Source: an uncultured Alphaproteobacteria bacterium (GTDB lineage Bacteria > Pseudomonadota > Alphaproteobacteria > Rhizobiales > Xanthobacteraceae). From it: a stretch of DNA of 64,000 bases. The first letter of the stretch is position 1; every line of letters begins with the position of its first letter. Position numbers and translations under genes: made by a program. Positions 20,718 to 30,184 of this stretch are shown here, one piece after another. The notes under the pieces were generated by a model. It was not told the origin of the DNA. It made no database searches and saw nothing but the letters and a program-made list of their open reading frames with translations. The stretch spans positions 210,887-274,886 of the forward strand of contig CAWGFY010000007.1 in the NCBI GenBank assembly GCA_963821965.1, read 5' to 3'.

Positions 20718-21383
20718 TCAAGGCGCGGAATTTCGCGCCTCGCCGGACCCGTCGATATGGCCGAGGATGGCGCGCGGCGTGGCGCAGATATGGCTGGCGC
20801 CGGCCTCGATCAGTTCCTCGGGGCTGCCGTAGCCATAGGCGACGCCGATCGCGTCCATGCCGTTGTGCTTCGCGCCCAGGATGTCGTGGCTGCGGTCGCC
20901 GATCATGATCGACCGCGCCGGATCGGTGCCGGCGATCTCGATGGCATAGGCGAGCAGCTCGTTCTTGTGGACGCGGGTGCCGTCGAGTTCGGAGCCAAAC
21001 ACCGTCTCGAAATGCCGCGCCAGATTGAAATGTTCGACGATGCGCTTGGCATAGATCGCGGGCTTGCTGGTCGCGACAAACAGCCGGCGGCCCGGCCGGG
21101 CCAGTTCGGTCAGTACGTGCTCGATATCGGGATAGACCGCATTCTCGTAGAGACCAATGTCCGCGAACCGCTCGCGATAGAGTGCGAGGCCGCGATCGGC
21201 GAGTCTGTCGTCACCGAGCAGCGTCGCGAAGCTTGCCCGCAGCGGCGGGCCGATGCACCAGGTCAGGTCGTCCTCGGACGGCGGCTCACGGTCGAGCTTG
21301 CGCAGCGCGTATTGGATCGAGCGGGTGATGCCGGGTTTCGGATCGGTCAGCGTGCCGTCGAGATCGAAATAGATGTTGTTCAT
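20718..21383 (-). CDS. HAD-family hydrolase (phosphoglycolate phosphatase-like)
   Basis: FDLDGTLTD, ATSK, MIGDRSHD. Confidence 0.92.
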   Translation of the reverse strand: MNNIYFDLDGTLTDPKPGITRSIQYALRKLDREPPSEDDLTWCIGPPLRASFATLLGDDRLADRGLALYRERFADIGLYENAVYPDIEHVLTELARPGRRLFVATSKPAIYAKRIVEHFNLARHFETVFGSELDGTRVHKNELLAYAIEIAGTDPARSIMIGDRSHDILGAKHNGMDAIGVAYGYGSPEELIEAGASHICATPRAILGHIDGSGEARNSAP

Positions 21384-21385
21384 CT

Positions 21386-21760
21386 TTAATTCGCGTAACG
21401 CGCCGTGAGGTCGCGCGAGATTTTCGAGCCTTCGTCAATGTAGCGGCGGATCGCGACCAGCGCCGCCGGCGTGCAGGTCCGGTAGGTCTGCTGAAACCCG
21501 TTATAGCCGCGGTTGAAGCCCGCGATCATGCGCGAGCGGCGGTCGCCGCTCGGCGTCTCGGCGTCGATCAGCGCCTGCATCTGGTTGCGCCACTTGGCGC
21601 CTTCGTTGCTGCCGCAGATGCCGCGCAGATAATGCAAGGTGCCGAGGATTTCGGCGAGCCGCTGCAGGTCGCCGTCGAACGGCGCGGCAGCGTCCTCCGC
21701 GCGCGCGGGGAAGGCGAGGCAGGCGGCCAGGCAAAGGACGGCGAGAAGGCGTGTCGGCAT
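21386..21760 (-). CDS. Alphaproteobacterial conserved secreted protein (TIGR02301-like)
   Basis: Signal peptide; LAEILG-LHYLR-IC, WR-QM-AL, FNRGY, Y-TCT. Confidence 0.85.
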   Translation of the reverse strand: MPTRLLAVLCLAACLAFPARAEDAAAPFDGDLQRLAEILGTLHYLRGICGSNEGAKWRNQMQALIDAETPSGDRRSRMIAGFNRGYNGFQQTYRTCTPAALVAIRRYIDEGSKISRDLTARYAN

Positions 21761-21813
21761 GGCCTGCGTGATAGCCCCTTAAATGCGCTGGAAGCAAGGC
21801 CGCGAAAGCCGGG

Positions 21814-21982
21814 CTAGTGGAGCGGATTTGACGTTCGCTACCCTGTACACCGCGGGGCTCGAAAAGCGAACGTCAAATCCAAAGCTCCACTAGATTCAAT
21901 ATTTTGTTAGTGGTCCTTTGATTCCAACATTCGCAAAAGTGCTCGCTGAGACAGGATGCGAATGTTGGAATCGGACCACTAG
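21814..21982. repeat. Double-hairpin element with IHF-like spacer, copy 1
   Basis: CTAG-bounded hairpin (AAA bulge) + ATTCAATATTTTG + mirrored hairpin (TTT bulge). Confidence 0.9.
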
Positions 21983-21986
21983 TGCC

Positions 21987-22406
21987 CTAAATCAGGCGGC
22001 GCGCGGCCTCGACCACCTCGTGCAGGCCGCCGGTCAGTTTCAGGTCGCCGAACCGGCCCGGCTCGACCCATTTGAAATCGTCGTGTTCCTCGTTCAGCCG
22101 CGGCTCGTTGGCCACCCAGCGCGCCGCGAACGACATGATGAGATAGTGACCACCCCCGGCCGCGCCCGGCAGCACCTCGCGCCAGCCGGCCAGCGCGACG
22201 ATGTCGATCTTCAAGCCTGCTTCCTCGTCGACCTCGCGCGCGAGCGCGACGTGCAAGGATTCGCCGAATTCGACACGGCCGCCCGGCAGCGACCAGAATC
22301 CGTGCCCCGGCGATTTTGCGCGCTTGAGCAGCAACACCTTGCCGTCGCGAAAGATCACGGCACTGACGGCGAGCTGCGGACGCCGGGGAGGAGATGCATC
22401 TCCCAT
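21987..22406 (-). CDS. Nudix hydrolase
   Basis: Nudix box GGRVEFGESLHVALAREVDEEAGL. Confidence 0.92.
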   Translation of the reverse strand: MGDASPPRRPQLAVSAVIFRDGKVLLLKRAKSPGHGFWSLPGGRVEFGESLHVALAREVDEEAGLKIDIVALAGWREVLPGAAGGGHYLIMSFAARWVANEPRLNEEHDDFKWVEPGRFGDLKLTGGLHEVVEAARRLI

Positions 22407-22412
22407 CGGTCC

Positions 22413-22919
22413 TCACTGGTTCATGATGGAATCGACGTCGGCCTCCAGGCCGCCATTGATCACGCCGCCGGCGGCCGACACCAGCGGCTTGAGCCAGCCG
22501 ATCGCCTGCTCGGCGAGCCTGGCGCGCGTCTTGTCCTGGTTCGCCTCGCGCATCCCGGTGCCGACGGCGGTGAGGATCGACGTCATGGTGTCGGTAATCT
22601 GCTCGAACTCGGCGCGGATGTCGGGGTCGGCGAACTCGTAGGTCGAGATCGCGAGATCGCGCGCCTTGAAATTCGACGCCATGAAATGCTCGCAATAGGA
22701 CAGCGGGCACCAGGCCAGAAAATCCTCGCTGCATTCCGGTATGTCCGGGATCATTTCAAGCAGCATGATGGCTTCGTTGAAATGATTGAGATAGTCGGTG
22801 GCAAGCCCCGTACGCGGATTGATATTGGCGGCCTTGAGCACCGCTGCGCGGGCCTCGTCCGGATCGGGGCACGCGGAAAGCGGTGTCGGGGAAACGGAGA
22901 GGGAAGCGTGAGCGGTCAT
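22413..22919 (-). CDS. Hypothetical protein
   Basis: NINPRTGLATDYLNHFNE motif; host-like codon usage. Confidence 0.8.
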   Translation of the reverse strand: MTAHASLSVSPTPLSACPDPDEARAAVLKAANINPRTGLATDYLNHFNEAIMLLEMIPDIPECSEDFLAWCPLSYCEHFMASNFKARDLAISTYEFADPDIRAEFEQITDTMTSILTAVGTGMREANQDKTRARLAEQAIGWLKPLVSAAGGVINGGLEADVDSIMNQ

Positions 22920-22983
22920 TCTGTCGCAGTCTTAACAATCGGGGTTAAAAGGTACTGAACAACCACCTACTTTGGATGCAAGA

Positions 22984-23746
22984 ATGTGCGGACGTTTCGT
23001 CATCACCTCGCCTCCGGCGGCGATCCGGCAGGTTTTCGGCTACGCCGAGCAGCCGAATTTCCCGCCGAGGCATAATATCGCGCCGACGCAACCTGTACCT
23101 GTCGTGATCCTCGAACCAAGGCGTGCGGCATTTCCGGCTGATGCGCTGGGGGCTGATCCCGTCCTGGGTCAAGGACCCTCGCAAAATCACGCTCATGATC
23201 AACGCCCGCTCGGAGACGGTCGAGCACAAGCCGGCGTTCAAGAACGCGGTGCGCCGGCGCCGCTGCCTGATTCCCGCCGACGGCTATTACGAATGGCAGG
23301 CGGTGGCGGGGCGCAAGCGGCCGCTGTTCATCTATCGCCGCGACGGGGGTTTGTTCGGCCTGGCGGGACTTGCCGAAACCTGGATCGGACCGAACGGCGA
23401 GGAACTCGATACCGTCGCGGTCGTGACCGCGCCCGCAAGCCGCGATCTCGCGGTGCTGCATCCGCGCGTGCCCGTGACCATCCGCCCGGAGGATTTCGCG
23501 CGCTGGCTCGATTGCTCCAGCGATGATGCGACGGACGCAATGGGGTTGCTGGTGCCTCCGGTGGAAGGCGAGTTCGCCTGGCACGAAGTGTCGACGCGGG
23601 TGAACCATGCCGACAATGACGATGCGCAATTGATCCTGCCGATCACCGACGAGCAGCGCGAAGCCGAGGCCGCGCCGAAGCCTGCGAAGCGCGTCGCGCC
23701 GCGCAAGGTCGCCGCGGCCGACGACGGGCAGGGGAGCTTGTTCTAG
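22984..23746 (+). CDS. SOS response-associated peptidase (SRAP/YedK), apparent frameshift near 23115
   Basis: N-terminal MCGRF, NIAPTQ; then MRWGLIP, INARSET, RRCLIPADGYYEW, H-RVPV. Confidence 0.9.
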
Positions 23747-23756
23747 CGACGGCTTT

Positions 23757-23843
23757 GTAGGGTGGGCAAAGGCGCGCATGCGCCGTGCCCACCGAACCCG
23801 TTGACGGCCGAAGTGGTGGGTACGCTTCGCTTTGCCCACCTAC
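23757..23843. repeat. GTAG-tagged REP pair between convergent genes
   Basis: GTAGGGTGGGCAAAG...GTGCCCACC and inverted GGTGGGTACGCTTCGCTTTGCCCACCTAC. Confidence 0.85.
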
Positions 23844-23866
23844 GCTCTGCTGTCGAGATTGCCTAT

Positions 23867-24448
23867 TCACCCGAAAATATTCATCGCCGCATATTGCAGC
23901 AGCATGATCGTCTTCGCATCCATGATGCGGCCGTCGGCGATCATCGCCAGCGCCTCGTCGTTCGACAGCTCCAGCACTTCGATGTCCTCGCCCTCGTCGG
24001 GATTGCCGCCGCCGCTACCGATCTTCATGTCGGGTTGGTATTCCCCTACGAAGAAGTGCAGCTTCTCGGTCACCGAGCCCGGACTCATATAGGCCTCGAA
24101 GATCTTCCTGATATCGCGCAGGCGATAGCCGATCTCCTCTTCCGCCTCGGCGCGGATCCGCGTCTCCGGCGACGCGCTGTCGAGCATGCCGGCGGCGGCC
24201 TCGATCAGGAGATCGTCGCAGCCATTGACATAGGCCGGATAACGGAACTGCTTGACCAGCATCACCGTGCGCCGCGCCAGATTGTAGGGCAGCAGCGCGG
24301 CGCCATTGCCGCGATCGACGATCTCGCGGCGCTGCGTCTGCCATTTGCCGTCACTCCGCCGCCAATCGAAGGTGACGGCTTTCACCTTGAAATGGCCGCT
24401 GGAGAGCACGCGTTCGTTCTTGACGCGAATGCGATCGGAGATGGTCAT
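23867..24448 (-). CDS. nudK: GDP-mannose pyrophosphatase NudK-like Nudix hydrolase
   Basis: DRGNGAALLPY, QFRYP, EAEEEIG, MSPGSVTE, DAKTIMLLQY. Confidence 0.8.
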   Translation of the reverse strand: MTISDRIRVKNERVLSSGHFKVKAVTFDWRRSDGKWQTQRREIVDRGNGAALLPYNLARRTVMLVKQFRYPAYVNGCDDLLIEAAAGMLDSASPETRIRAEAEEEIGYRLRDIRKIFEAYMSPGSVTEKLHFFVGEYQPDMKIGSGGGNPDEGEDIEVLELSNDEALAMIADGRIMDAKTIMLLQYAAMNIFG

Positions 24449-24467
24449 GCTTTGCTTTCCGTGGAAA

Positions 24468-24926
24468 TCAAGGCGTTGGATCGCGGCCGTCGAGCCATTT
24501 GGCGAAGGTGACGCGCTGCTGGTCGTAATAGCCGAGAGCCTCGTAGAAGGCGTGGACCTTTGCGTTGTCGCCACGCACCATCAATTGCAGCTTCATGATG
24601 CCGCGCGCGCGAAGCCAATCTTCCGCTGCGGTCATGATCTGCCGGCCGTAATCCTTGAGGCGATGGTCGGGGTCGACGCTGACGTAATACACCCAACCGC
24701 GGTGGCCGTCATGGCCGACCAGCACCGAGGCGACCAGCGCGCCGTCGCGGTCGCGGCCGAGCAGGACCGTCGCGTTGCTGTCTTTCCGCGCCAGCGCGAT
24801 ATCGCCGGTCGGATCGTTCCATTCGCGGACCAGACCGGCGCGCCGCCAGAGACTGATGACCTCTGGAACATCGCGGTCTTCGATGGATGTGATGGCGAGC
24901 GCGAGGCCCTTCGATTGCTTGCTCAC
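24468..24926 (-). CDS. GNAT acetyltransferase (YpeA-like)
   Basis: WNDP-DI, GHDGHRGWVYY, KLQLMVR-DN, FYEALGY. Confidence 0.88.
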   Translation of the reverse strand: MSKQSKGLALAITSIEDRDVPEVISLWRRAGLVREWNDPTGDIALARKDSNATVLLGRDRDGALVASVLVGHDGHRGWVYYVSVDPDHRLKDYGRQIMTAAEDWLRARGIMKLQLMVRGDNAKVHAFYEALGYYDQQRVTFAKWLDGRDPTP

Positions 24927-26350
24927 AGCACCTTGCCGGGATTCATGATGCCGTTGGGATCGAGCATCGCCTTGAACGCGCGCATCAGCTCGATCGCGGT
25001 CTTGTCTTTCACATCGGGTAATTCGTCGCGCTTGAGCACGCCGATGCCGTGCTCGGCCGAGATCGAGCCGCCCATCTGCAGAACGATGTCGAATACCACC
25101 TTGTTGACCTCATGCCAGCGCGCGAGGAAGTCGGCGGCATCAGTGCCGACCGGCTGGCTGACATTATAATGGATGTTGCCGTCGCCGAGATGGCCGAACG
25201 GCACCGGTCGCGAACCGGGGATCAGCTTCACCACGGCGGCGTCGGCCTGCTCGAGGAAGTCGGGCACCGCCACGACGGGGACGGAGATGTCGTGCTTGAT
25301 CGAGCCGCCCTCCGGCTTCTGCGCCGCCGACATCTCGTCGCGCAGCTTCCAGAATCCCTGGCGCTGGCTCAGATTCGCCGCGATCACCGCGTCGTCGACG
25401 ATGCCGTCCTCCATCGCTTTCGCAAGGATCGCCTCCAGCGTGGTGCGGGCATCGTCGCGCGGCGACGACAGCTCCATCAGCACATACCAGCGGTGCTTGC
25501 TCGTCAGCGGGTCGCGCACGTCGATGCCGTGACGGATCGAGAAATCGACTGCGACATCGGAGAGCAGCTCGAAGCTCGTCAGCGTGCCCGCGGCCTCGGC
25601 TTGCGAGATCGACAATAGCTTCAGCGCGGCCGCCGGCGATTTCAGCCCGACATAGGCGGTCTCGATCGCGCGCGGCTTCGGAAACAGTTTGAGCGTCGCC
25701 GCCGTGATGATACCGAGCGTGCCTTCGGCGCCGATGAAGAGGTTGCGCAGATCGTAGCCGGTGTTGTCCTTTTTCAATTTCGACAACAGGTTCATCACGC
25801 GCCCGTCGGCGAGCACGACCTCGATGCCGAGCGCCATCTCGCGCGCGACGCCGTAGGCGAGCGCAGTGGTGCCGCCGGCATTGGTCGAGAGATTGCCGCC
25901 GATGGTGCAGCTGCCTTCCGCACCCAGCGACAGCGGGAACAGCCGGTCGACCTCGGCGGCACGCTGCTGCGCGACCTGCAGGATGACGCCGGCCTCGCAG
26001 GTCATGGTGTTCGACGCCGTGTCGACGTCGCGGATTTTGTCCATGCGGCGCATCGAGATCACCACCTCGCCATTGTGCGGCGTCTGGCCGCCGACGAGAC
26101 CGGTGTTGCCGCCCTGCGGCACCAGTGCGATCCTGTGCTCGTTGGCAAGCTTGCAGATCGCGGCGACCTCGGCAGTCGAGCCGGGACGCAGCACCAGCGG
26201 CGAGCGGCCGTGGAACAGATCGCGTTCTTCGGTCGTGTAGGGCGCGATGTCGGCGGGATCGGTCACCGCATATTTGTCGCCGACGATCGCGCGGAATTGC
26301 GCGATCAGCTCTGGCGACAGCGGCGATGGGTTGGATTGCGCGATGTTCAT
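24923..26350 (-). CDS. FAD-binding oxidoreductase (D-2-hydroxyacid dehydrogenase/GlcD family)
   Basis: PQGGNTGLVGG, GGNLSTNAGG, KDNTGYDL, GHLGDGNIH, SAEHGIG, MNPGK. Confidence 0.9.
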   Translation of the reverse strand: MNIAQSNPSPLSPELIAQFRAIVGDKYAVTDPADIAPYTTEERDLFHGRSPLVLRPGSTAEVAAICKLANEHRIALVPQGGNTGLVGGQTPHNGEVVISMRRMDKIRDVDTASNTMTCEAGVILQVAQQRAAEVDRLFPLSLGAEGSCTIGGNLSTNAGGTTALAYGVAREMALGIEVVLADGRVMNLLSKLKKDNTGYDLRNLFIGAEGTLGIITAATLKLFPKPRAIETAYVGLKSPAAALKLLSISQAEAAGTLTSFELLSDVAVDFSIRHGIDVRDPLTSKHRWYVLMELSSPRDDARTTLEAILAKAMEDGIVDDAVIAANLSQRQGFWKLRDEMSAAQKPEGGSIKHDISVPVVAVPDFLEQADAAVVKLIPGSRPVPFGHLGDGNIHYNVSQPVGTDAADFLARWHEVNKVVFDIVLQMGGSISAEHGIGVLKRDELPDVKDKTAIELMRAFKAMLDPNGIMNPGKVL

Positions 26351-26365
26351 TTCAAATCTCGGTAG

Positions 26366-27352
26366 TCAGCGTCCAACGGCCGCGCGGCGCAGCCGGTCGT
26401 TGATGGCTTCGCCCAGCCCTTCCTCCGGAATGGGCGTCACGGCAATGCAGGTCGCGTGCGTCGCGTCGAGCGCGCGAAGATAGCCGAAAAGATTGGCAGC
26501 GGCTTCATTGAGATCACCGCGCGGCGACAAATTCATGACGGCGGCGGCGCTGTCCGCGCCCGGCGCGGGCGCGCCGAAGGCGAGCAGTGCTTCGCCGGCC
26601 TCGACGCCGGTCGCGCTCAGCCGCACGCGCGTGCGCGGCGCGTAATGCGAGGCGAGCATGCCCGGCGCCAGCGGTTGCGCGCTGTCGCTCATCGTGTCAG
26701 TGGGCGGTTGCGCCAGCGCGCGTCCGAGTATGCGCTCGATATTTTCGCGCGGCAGCCCGCCGGGCCTCAGCAGTATCGGTTCGTCGAAGCAGCCGACGAT
26801 GGTAGATTCGACACCGACTGCAACCGGCCCTCCGTCGACGATCAGGTCGATGCGGCCCTGAAGGTCGCTTTGCACATGCGCCGCCGTGGTTGGCGAGACA
26901 TGGCCGGAGAGATTGGCCGATGGCGCCACCACCGGGCGACCGAACGCGCGCAGGATCGCGCGCGCGACCGGATGCGACGGGACGCGGATCGCAATGGTCT
27001 CCAGCCCCGCGGTCGCGAGTTCTGCCACCGCGCAACCGGCTGCCCTTGGCAGCACCAAAGTCAGCGGTCCCGGCCAGAAGGCCTCGGCGAGCCTGACGGC
27101 GGTTTCGTCGAATCGGCCGATCGCGCGCGCCGCGGCAAGATCGCTGAGGTGCGAGATCAGCGGGTTGAAAGCGGGCCGTCCCTTGGCCTGATAGAGGCGG
27201 GCGATCGCGGCCGCATTGGTGGCGTCGGCACCCAGCCCATAGACCGTTTCGGTCGGGAACGCGACCAGACCGCCGTCGGCCAGCATTCGCGCCGCGGCGG
27301 CTATTGCAGCCTCGCCGGCGGGCAAAATCGCTGTGGTCAGGCTGGTTTGCAC
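26366..27352 (-). CDS. sua5: L-threonylcarbamoyladenylate synthase (Sua5)
   Basis: FPTETVYGLG, KGRP-FNPLI-H, WPGPLT, APSAN, PGML-SHY. Confidence 0.93.
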   Translation of the reverse strand: MQTSLTTAILPAGEAAIAAAARMLADGGLVAFPTETVYGLGADATNAAAIARLYQAKGRPAFNPLISHLSDLAAARAIGRFDETAVRLAEAFWPGPLTLVLPRAAGCAVAELATAGLETIAIRVPSHPVARAILRAFGRPVVAPSANLSGHVSPTTAAHVQSDLQGRIDLIVDGGPVAVGVESTIVGCFDEPILLRPGGLPRENIERILGRALAQPPTDTMSDSAQPLAPGMLASHYAPRTRVRLSATGVEAGEALLAFGAPAPGADSAAAVMNLSPRGDLNEAAANLFGYLRALDATHATCIAVTPIPEEGLGEAINDRLRRAAVGR

Positions 27353-27422
27353 GGGGGTCCAAATCCTTCGGTTCGCTTCTTGCGGTGCAGGACACCCGAC
27401 GCTATAAGCCGCGGACCTAAGT

Positions 27423-27499
27423 CGGAGTGTGGCTCAGCCCGGTAGAGCACTGCTTTCGGGAAGCAGGGGTCGCAGGTTCGAATCCTGCCACTCCGACCA
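27423..27499 (+). tRNA. tRNA-Pro(CGG)
   Basis: CGGAGTG...CACTCCG-ACCA acceptor stem, anticodon arm CTGCT-TTCGGGA-AGCAG, T-loop GGTTCGAATCC. Confidence 0.97.
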
Positions 27500-27529
27500 G
27501 TAATCATTAGGGTTTTTCTTCTGATTGCT

Positions 27530-27810
27530 GCAAAGGCCTGAGTCAACCACCAATTCAACCACAGAAACGAACCGGCCTTTTTGGGCAATTGCGGTGGCTG
27601 CAGACTGGAGATAGTCGGGATGGTGGTGACCGTAGACCTCCTGCAGGACCTCGGGCGACATTCCAAGGAACCGGGTTGCCTCGATCTCGAACTGCTCACC
27701 TGGCTCGCCCACGTCTGTCAAATAAATCGACAGAACGTCTGCGCAGTTGATCTCCTCTAGAGTACGACGCCGACGATCTGGACGGTATTTTTGAGCTATG
27801 GAATGCTGCT
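27530..27810 (-). pseudogene. Tyrosine-recombinase/integrase relic
   Basis: Reads IAQKYRP-RR-R...ADVLSIYL joined to FLGMSPEVLQEVYGHHHPDYL, resembling a catalytic-Tyr tail; the core between them is absent; adjacent to the tRNA 3' end; boundaries approximate. Confidence 0.65.
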
Positions 27811-27856
27811 TTCGGGTGTGATGAGAGCGGGATAAAAGGCGACAGCTCCAGTTCAT

Positions 27857-29461
27857 TCATACGACGATGCGGAAGCGGTGGTCGTCGTCTTTGGCCATAT
27901 CGTTGACCAGATTGATCTCCCAGGTCAGGTATTCGCGCATCGCGTCCTCGCGGTTCTGGCCGCGCTCGCGCGGCGAGAGGAACACATCGTCGGCCTGGTC
28001 CGCCATTCGGGTTGCCTCCGTCTCGAGAGGCAATCCCGCCCGAACCCAAGCCTGCGTGCCACCGAAAAGTGTCATCACCGGTACGGACGCGACGGCCTGC
28101 AACTCCACCGCCGCCAGTGCCGCAAGCACGCCATCTGGCGACGTCAGCACAATGGCCTGATGGGCGGGGAGCTTTGCCAGCGCAGCGGCAAGGCGCGACC
28201 GGACCGCAAACCAGGCGCCCGGAATATGGCCCAGCGCGTATCGCTTGCTCAGCTCGAGATCAATCACCGTGACCTTGCCCGCGGCCAATCGATCGTGCAA
28301 CTCCATTGTATTGATCTGCGGCACTGACGCCGCTTCGAGGCCGAGAACGGCCGGCAAATGGGGTCCGGTTTCCCAGTCGCCATCGGCCGCGCCCGCGGCG
28401 AGAAATGCGATATCCGTCCAGCCCATTTGTTTCAGCCACGACGCCGTCATGGCGGCGCGGACGCCGTTGTCGTCGACCAGCACGACGCGAGCGCCCCAGG
28501 TCGCCATATGCGCGTCGGTTTCCTGCACGAGGTGGCCGCCGGGCGCCGAACGGGCGCCGCGCAAATGGCCGGCTTCGTATTCCTCGGGCGAGCGCACGTC
28601 CAGGACATAGAGGCTGCGCTCGCCTGCCTCGGCGCGCCATGTCTCGAGCGTAGGCTTGTCGATTTGCGCGATGCCGCAGCGCGCCGCCACCCGTGCAGCG
28701 GCCTCGGCCGCAGACTCAAGTCCATGCGTGCTGACCTCGGGCGGCTTTCGCATCGCCCCATGCACCACGTCGAGGCCAGCGAGGTGCCAGGCCATAGTGC
28801 CGTCCTTCAGCGACACGACTTTGTTGCGCACGCCGGCATTGATCAGCGATTGCGCCCCGATGATGCTGCGTGTGCGGCCGCCGCAATTGACGATCACCGT
28901 CGTATCGGGCGACGGCATGAGATCGGCAAAGCGATAGACCAACTCGGCACCAGGGACGCTGATGGCCGTCGGAATGCTGTTGTTGTGATACTCCTCGTAG
29001 GAGCGGCTGTCGTAGATCGCGATGTTGGCCTTGCGATCGATCAACGCCTGAAGATCCTCGACGGATATCCAGGGTGTGCCGGCCTCGTGCTCGACGACTT
29101 CGGCAAATGCTTTGCTCGGCACGTGCACACCGCTATAGATGCGGAATCCCGTCGCCTCCCACGCAGCGATTCCGCCGTCGAGCCAAGCGACGTCCTGATA
29201 GCCGAGTGCGGACATCCGTTCCGCGGAGCGTGCCGCCATCCCCTCGCCATCGTCGCACCAGACGACGCGCGCGCTGCGCCGCGGCACCAGATCGTCGACC
29301 AGCAGTTCCAGTCGGCCGAGAGGAACGCAAGATGCCATCAGAATATGGCGTTTGCCGAACGGCAGTTCCTCGCGCGCATCGAGCAGGGCCAACTCGCCGC
29401 CATCGTGAAGTTGGGCTTTCAGTGTCCGTGCATCGATGCGCTTGACCTTGCTGCCCGACAT
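27857..29461 (-). CDS. Four-domain rhodanese-related sulfurtransferase
   Basis: Repeated D-R--E---GH/IPGA units; VNCGGRTRS active-site-like loop; GVHVPSKAFAE. Confidence 0.88.
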   Translation of the reverse strand: MSGSKVKRIDARTLKAQLHDGGELALLDAREELPFGKRHILMASCVPLGRLELLVDDLVPRRSARVVWCDDGEGMAARSAERMSALGYQDVAWLDGGIAAWEATGFRIYSGVHVPSKAFAEVVEHEAGTPWISVEDLQALIDRKANIAIYDSRSYEEYHNNSIPTAISVPGAELVYRFADLMPSPDTTVIVNCGGRTRSIIGAQSLINAGVRNKVVSLKDGTMAWHLAGLDVVHGAMRKPPEVSTHGLESAAEAAARVAARCGIAQIDKPTLETWRAEAGERSLYVLDVRSPEEYEAGHLRGARSAPGGHLVQETDAHMATWGARVVLVDDNGVRAAMTASWLKQMGWTDIAFLAAGAADGDWETGPHLPAVLGLEAASVPQINTMELHDRLAAGKVTVIDLELSKRYALGHIPGAWFAVRSRLAAALAKLPAHQAIVLTSPDGVLAALAAVELQAVASVPVMTLFGGTQAWVRAGLPLETEATRMADQADDVFLSPRERGQNREDAMREYLTWEINLVNDMAKDDDHRFRIVV

Positions 29462-29480
29462 GCCCTCACTCCGCCCAGCT

Positions 29481-29984
29481 TCAGGCCGTCTTGATATTCG
29501 AACGTTGCACGTGGTCCAGGTTCCTGCCCTCGACACGGACGAGCTTGGTGAGTCCGTCGCGCTTCGGCGAGTGGATGACGCCGATGTCATAGAAGTGGCT
29601 ATCGCCCGGCTTCAAGACATAAGTTTTGGCCGGCTCGACCAGAGTGGGCTCGTCACCCTCGCCCTTCTTGACGACGCGCCAGTCGGTCATTTCGGTGTCG
29701 CCAACCGCAAGGCCGTAGATCGCCCAGCTGGAGCCGTGATCGTGCGGCGAGCCGTGAGCGGGGTTCTCGTAGACATGTCCGCAAACGCAGAAGCCCAGTT
29801 CAGGATCCTCGTACAACACCTTGCGTGGGCGGCACTGCTCAGCGGTCAGGTGCTTGGCAATGAATTCCTGATCGAGCAGCGCCTTCGACACGAGTTTGCA
29901 CACCTGCCGCTTGCCGGTCACCGCGGAATCCGCCTTAAGGGTCTCGCGGATGTCGGCGCTCAATTGCTCAAGGGTGTAGGCCAT
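29481..29984 (-). CDS. Cupin metalloenzyme, cysteine/thiol dioxygenase-like
   Basis: PHDHGSSWAIYG ... IHSP 3-His cupin motif; immediately upstream of the rhodanese. Confidence 0.7.
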   Translation of the reverse strand: MAYTLEQLSADIRETLKADSAVTGKRQVCKLVSKALLDQEFIAKHLTAEQCRPRKVLYEDPELGFCVCGHVYENPAHGSPHDHGSSWAIYGLAVGDTEMTDWRVVKKGEGDEPTLVEPAKTYVLKPGDSHFYDIGVIHSPKRDGLTKLVRVEGRNLDHVQRSNIKTA

Positions 29985-30184
29985 TGCTCCCTCCGCCATG
30001 TTTGCAGCGTTTCGCTTGCGGCTTGCCGGCATTATGAAATGATCGGCTGGTGGGAGGCAATCCTTTGATCCGGATTGAGCGACCCGATCATGGGTCATTT
30101 CCTTCATTTCTGGTCCAGGAATCCCTGGCAGCGAACGAAGGCGACAAAATCCTGCTGTTCGAGGATGGAAACCGATTTTCGGTA

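Noticed and set aside
27434-27856. 140-aa ORF as an intact gene
   Set aside because: It runs through the tRNA antisense (WSEWQDSNLRP is a tRNA shadow); only the middle part is an integrase relic.
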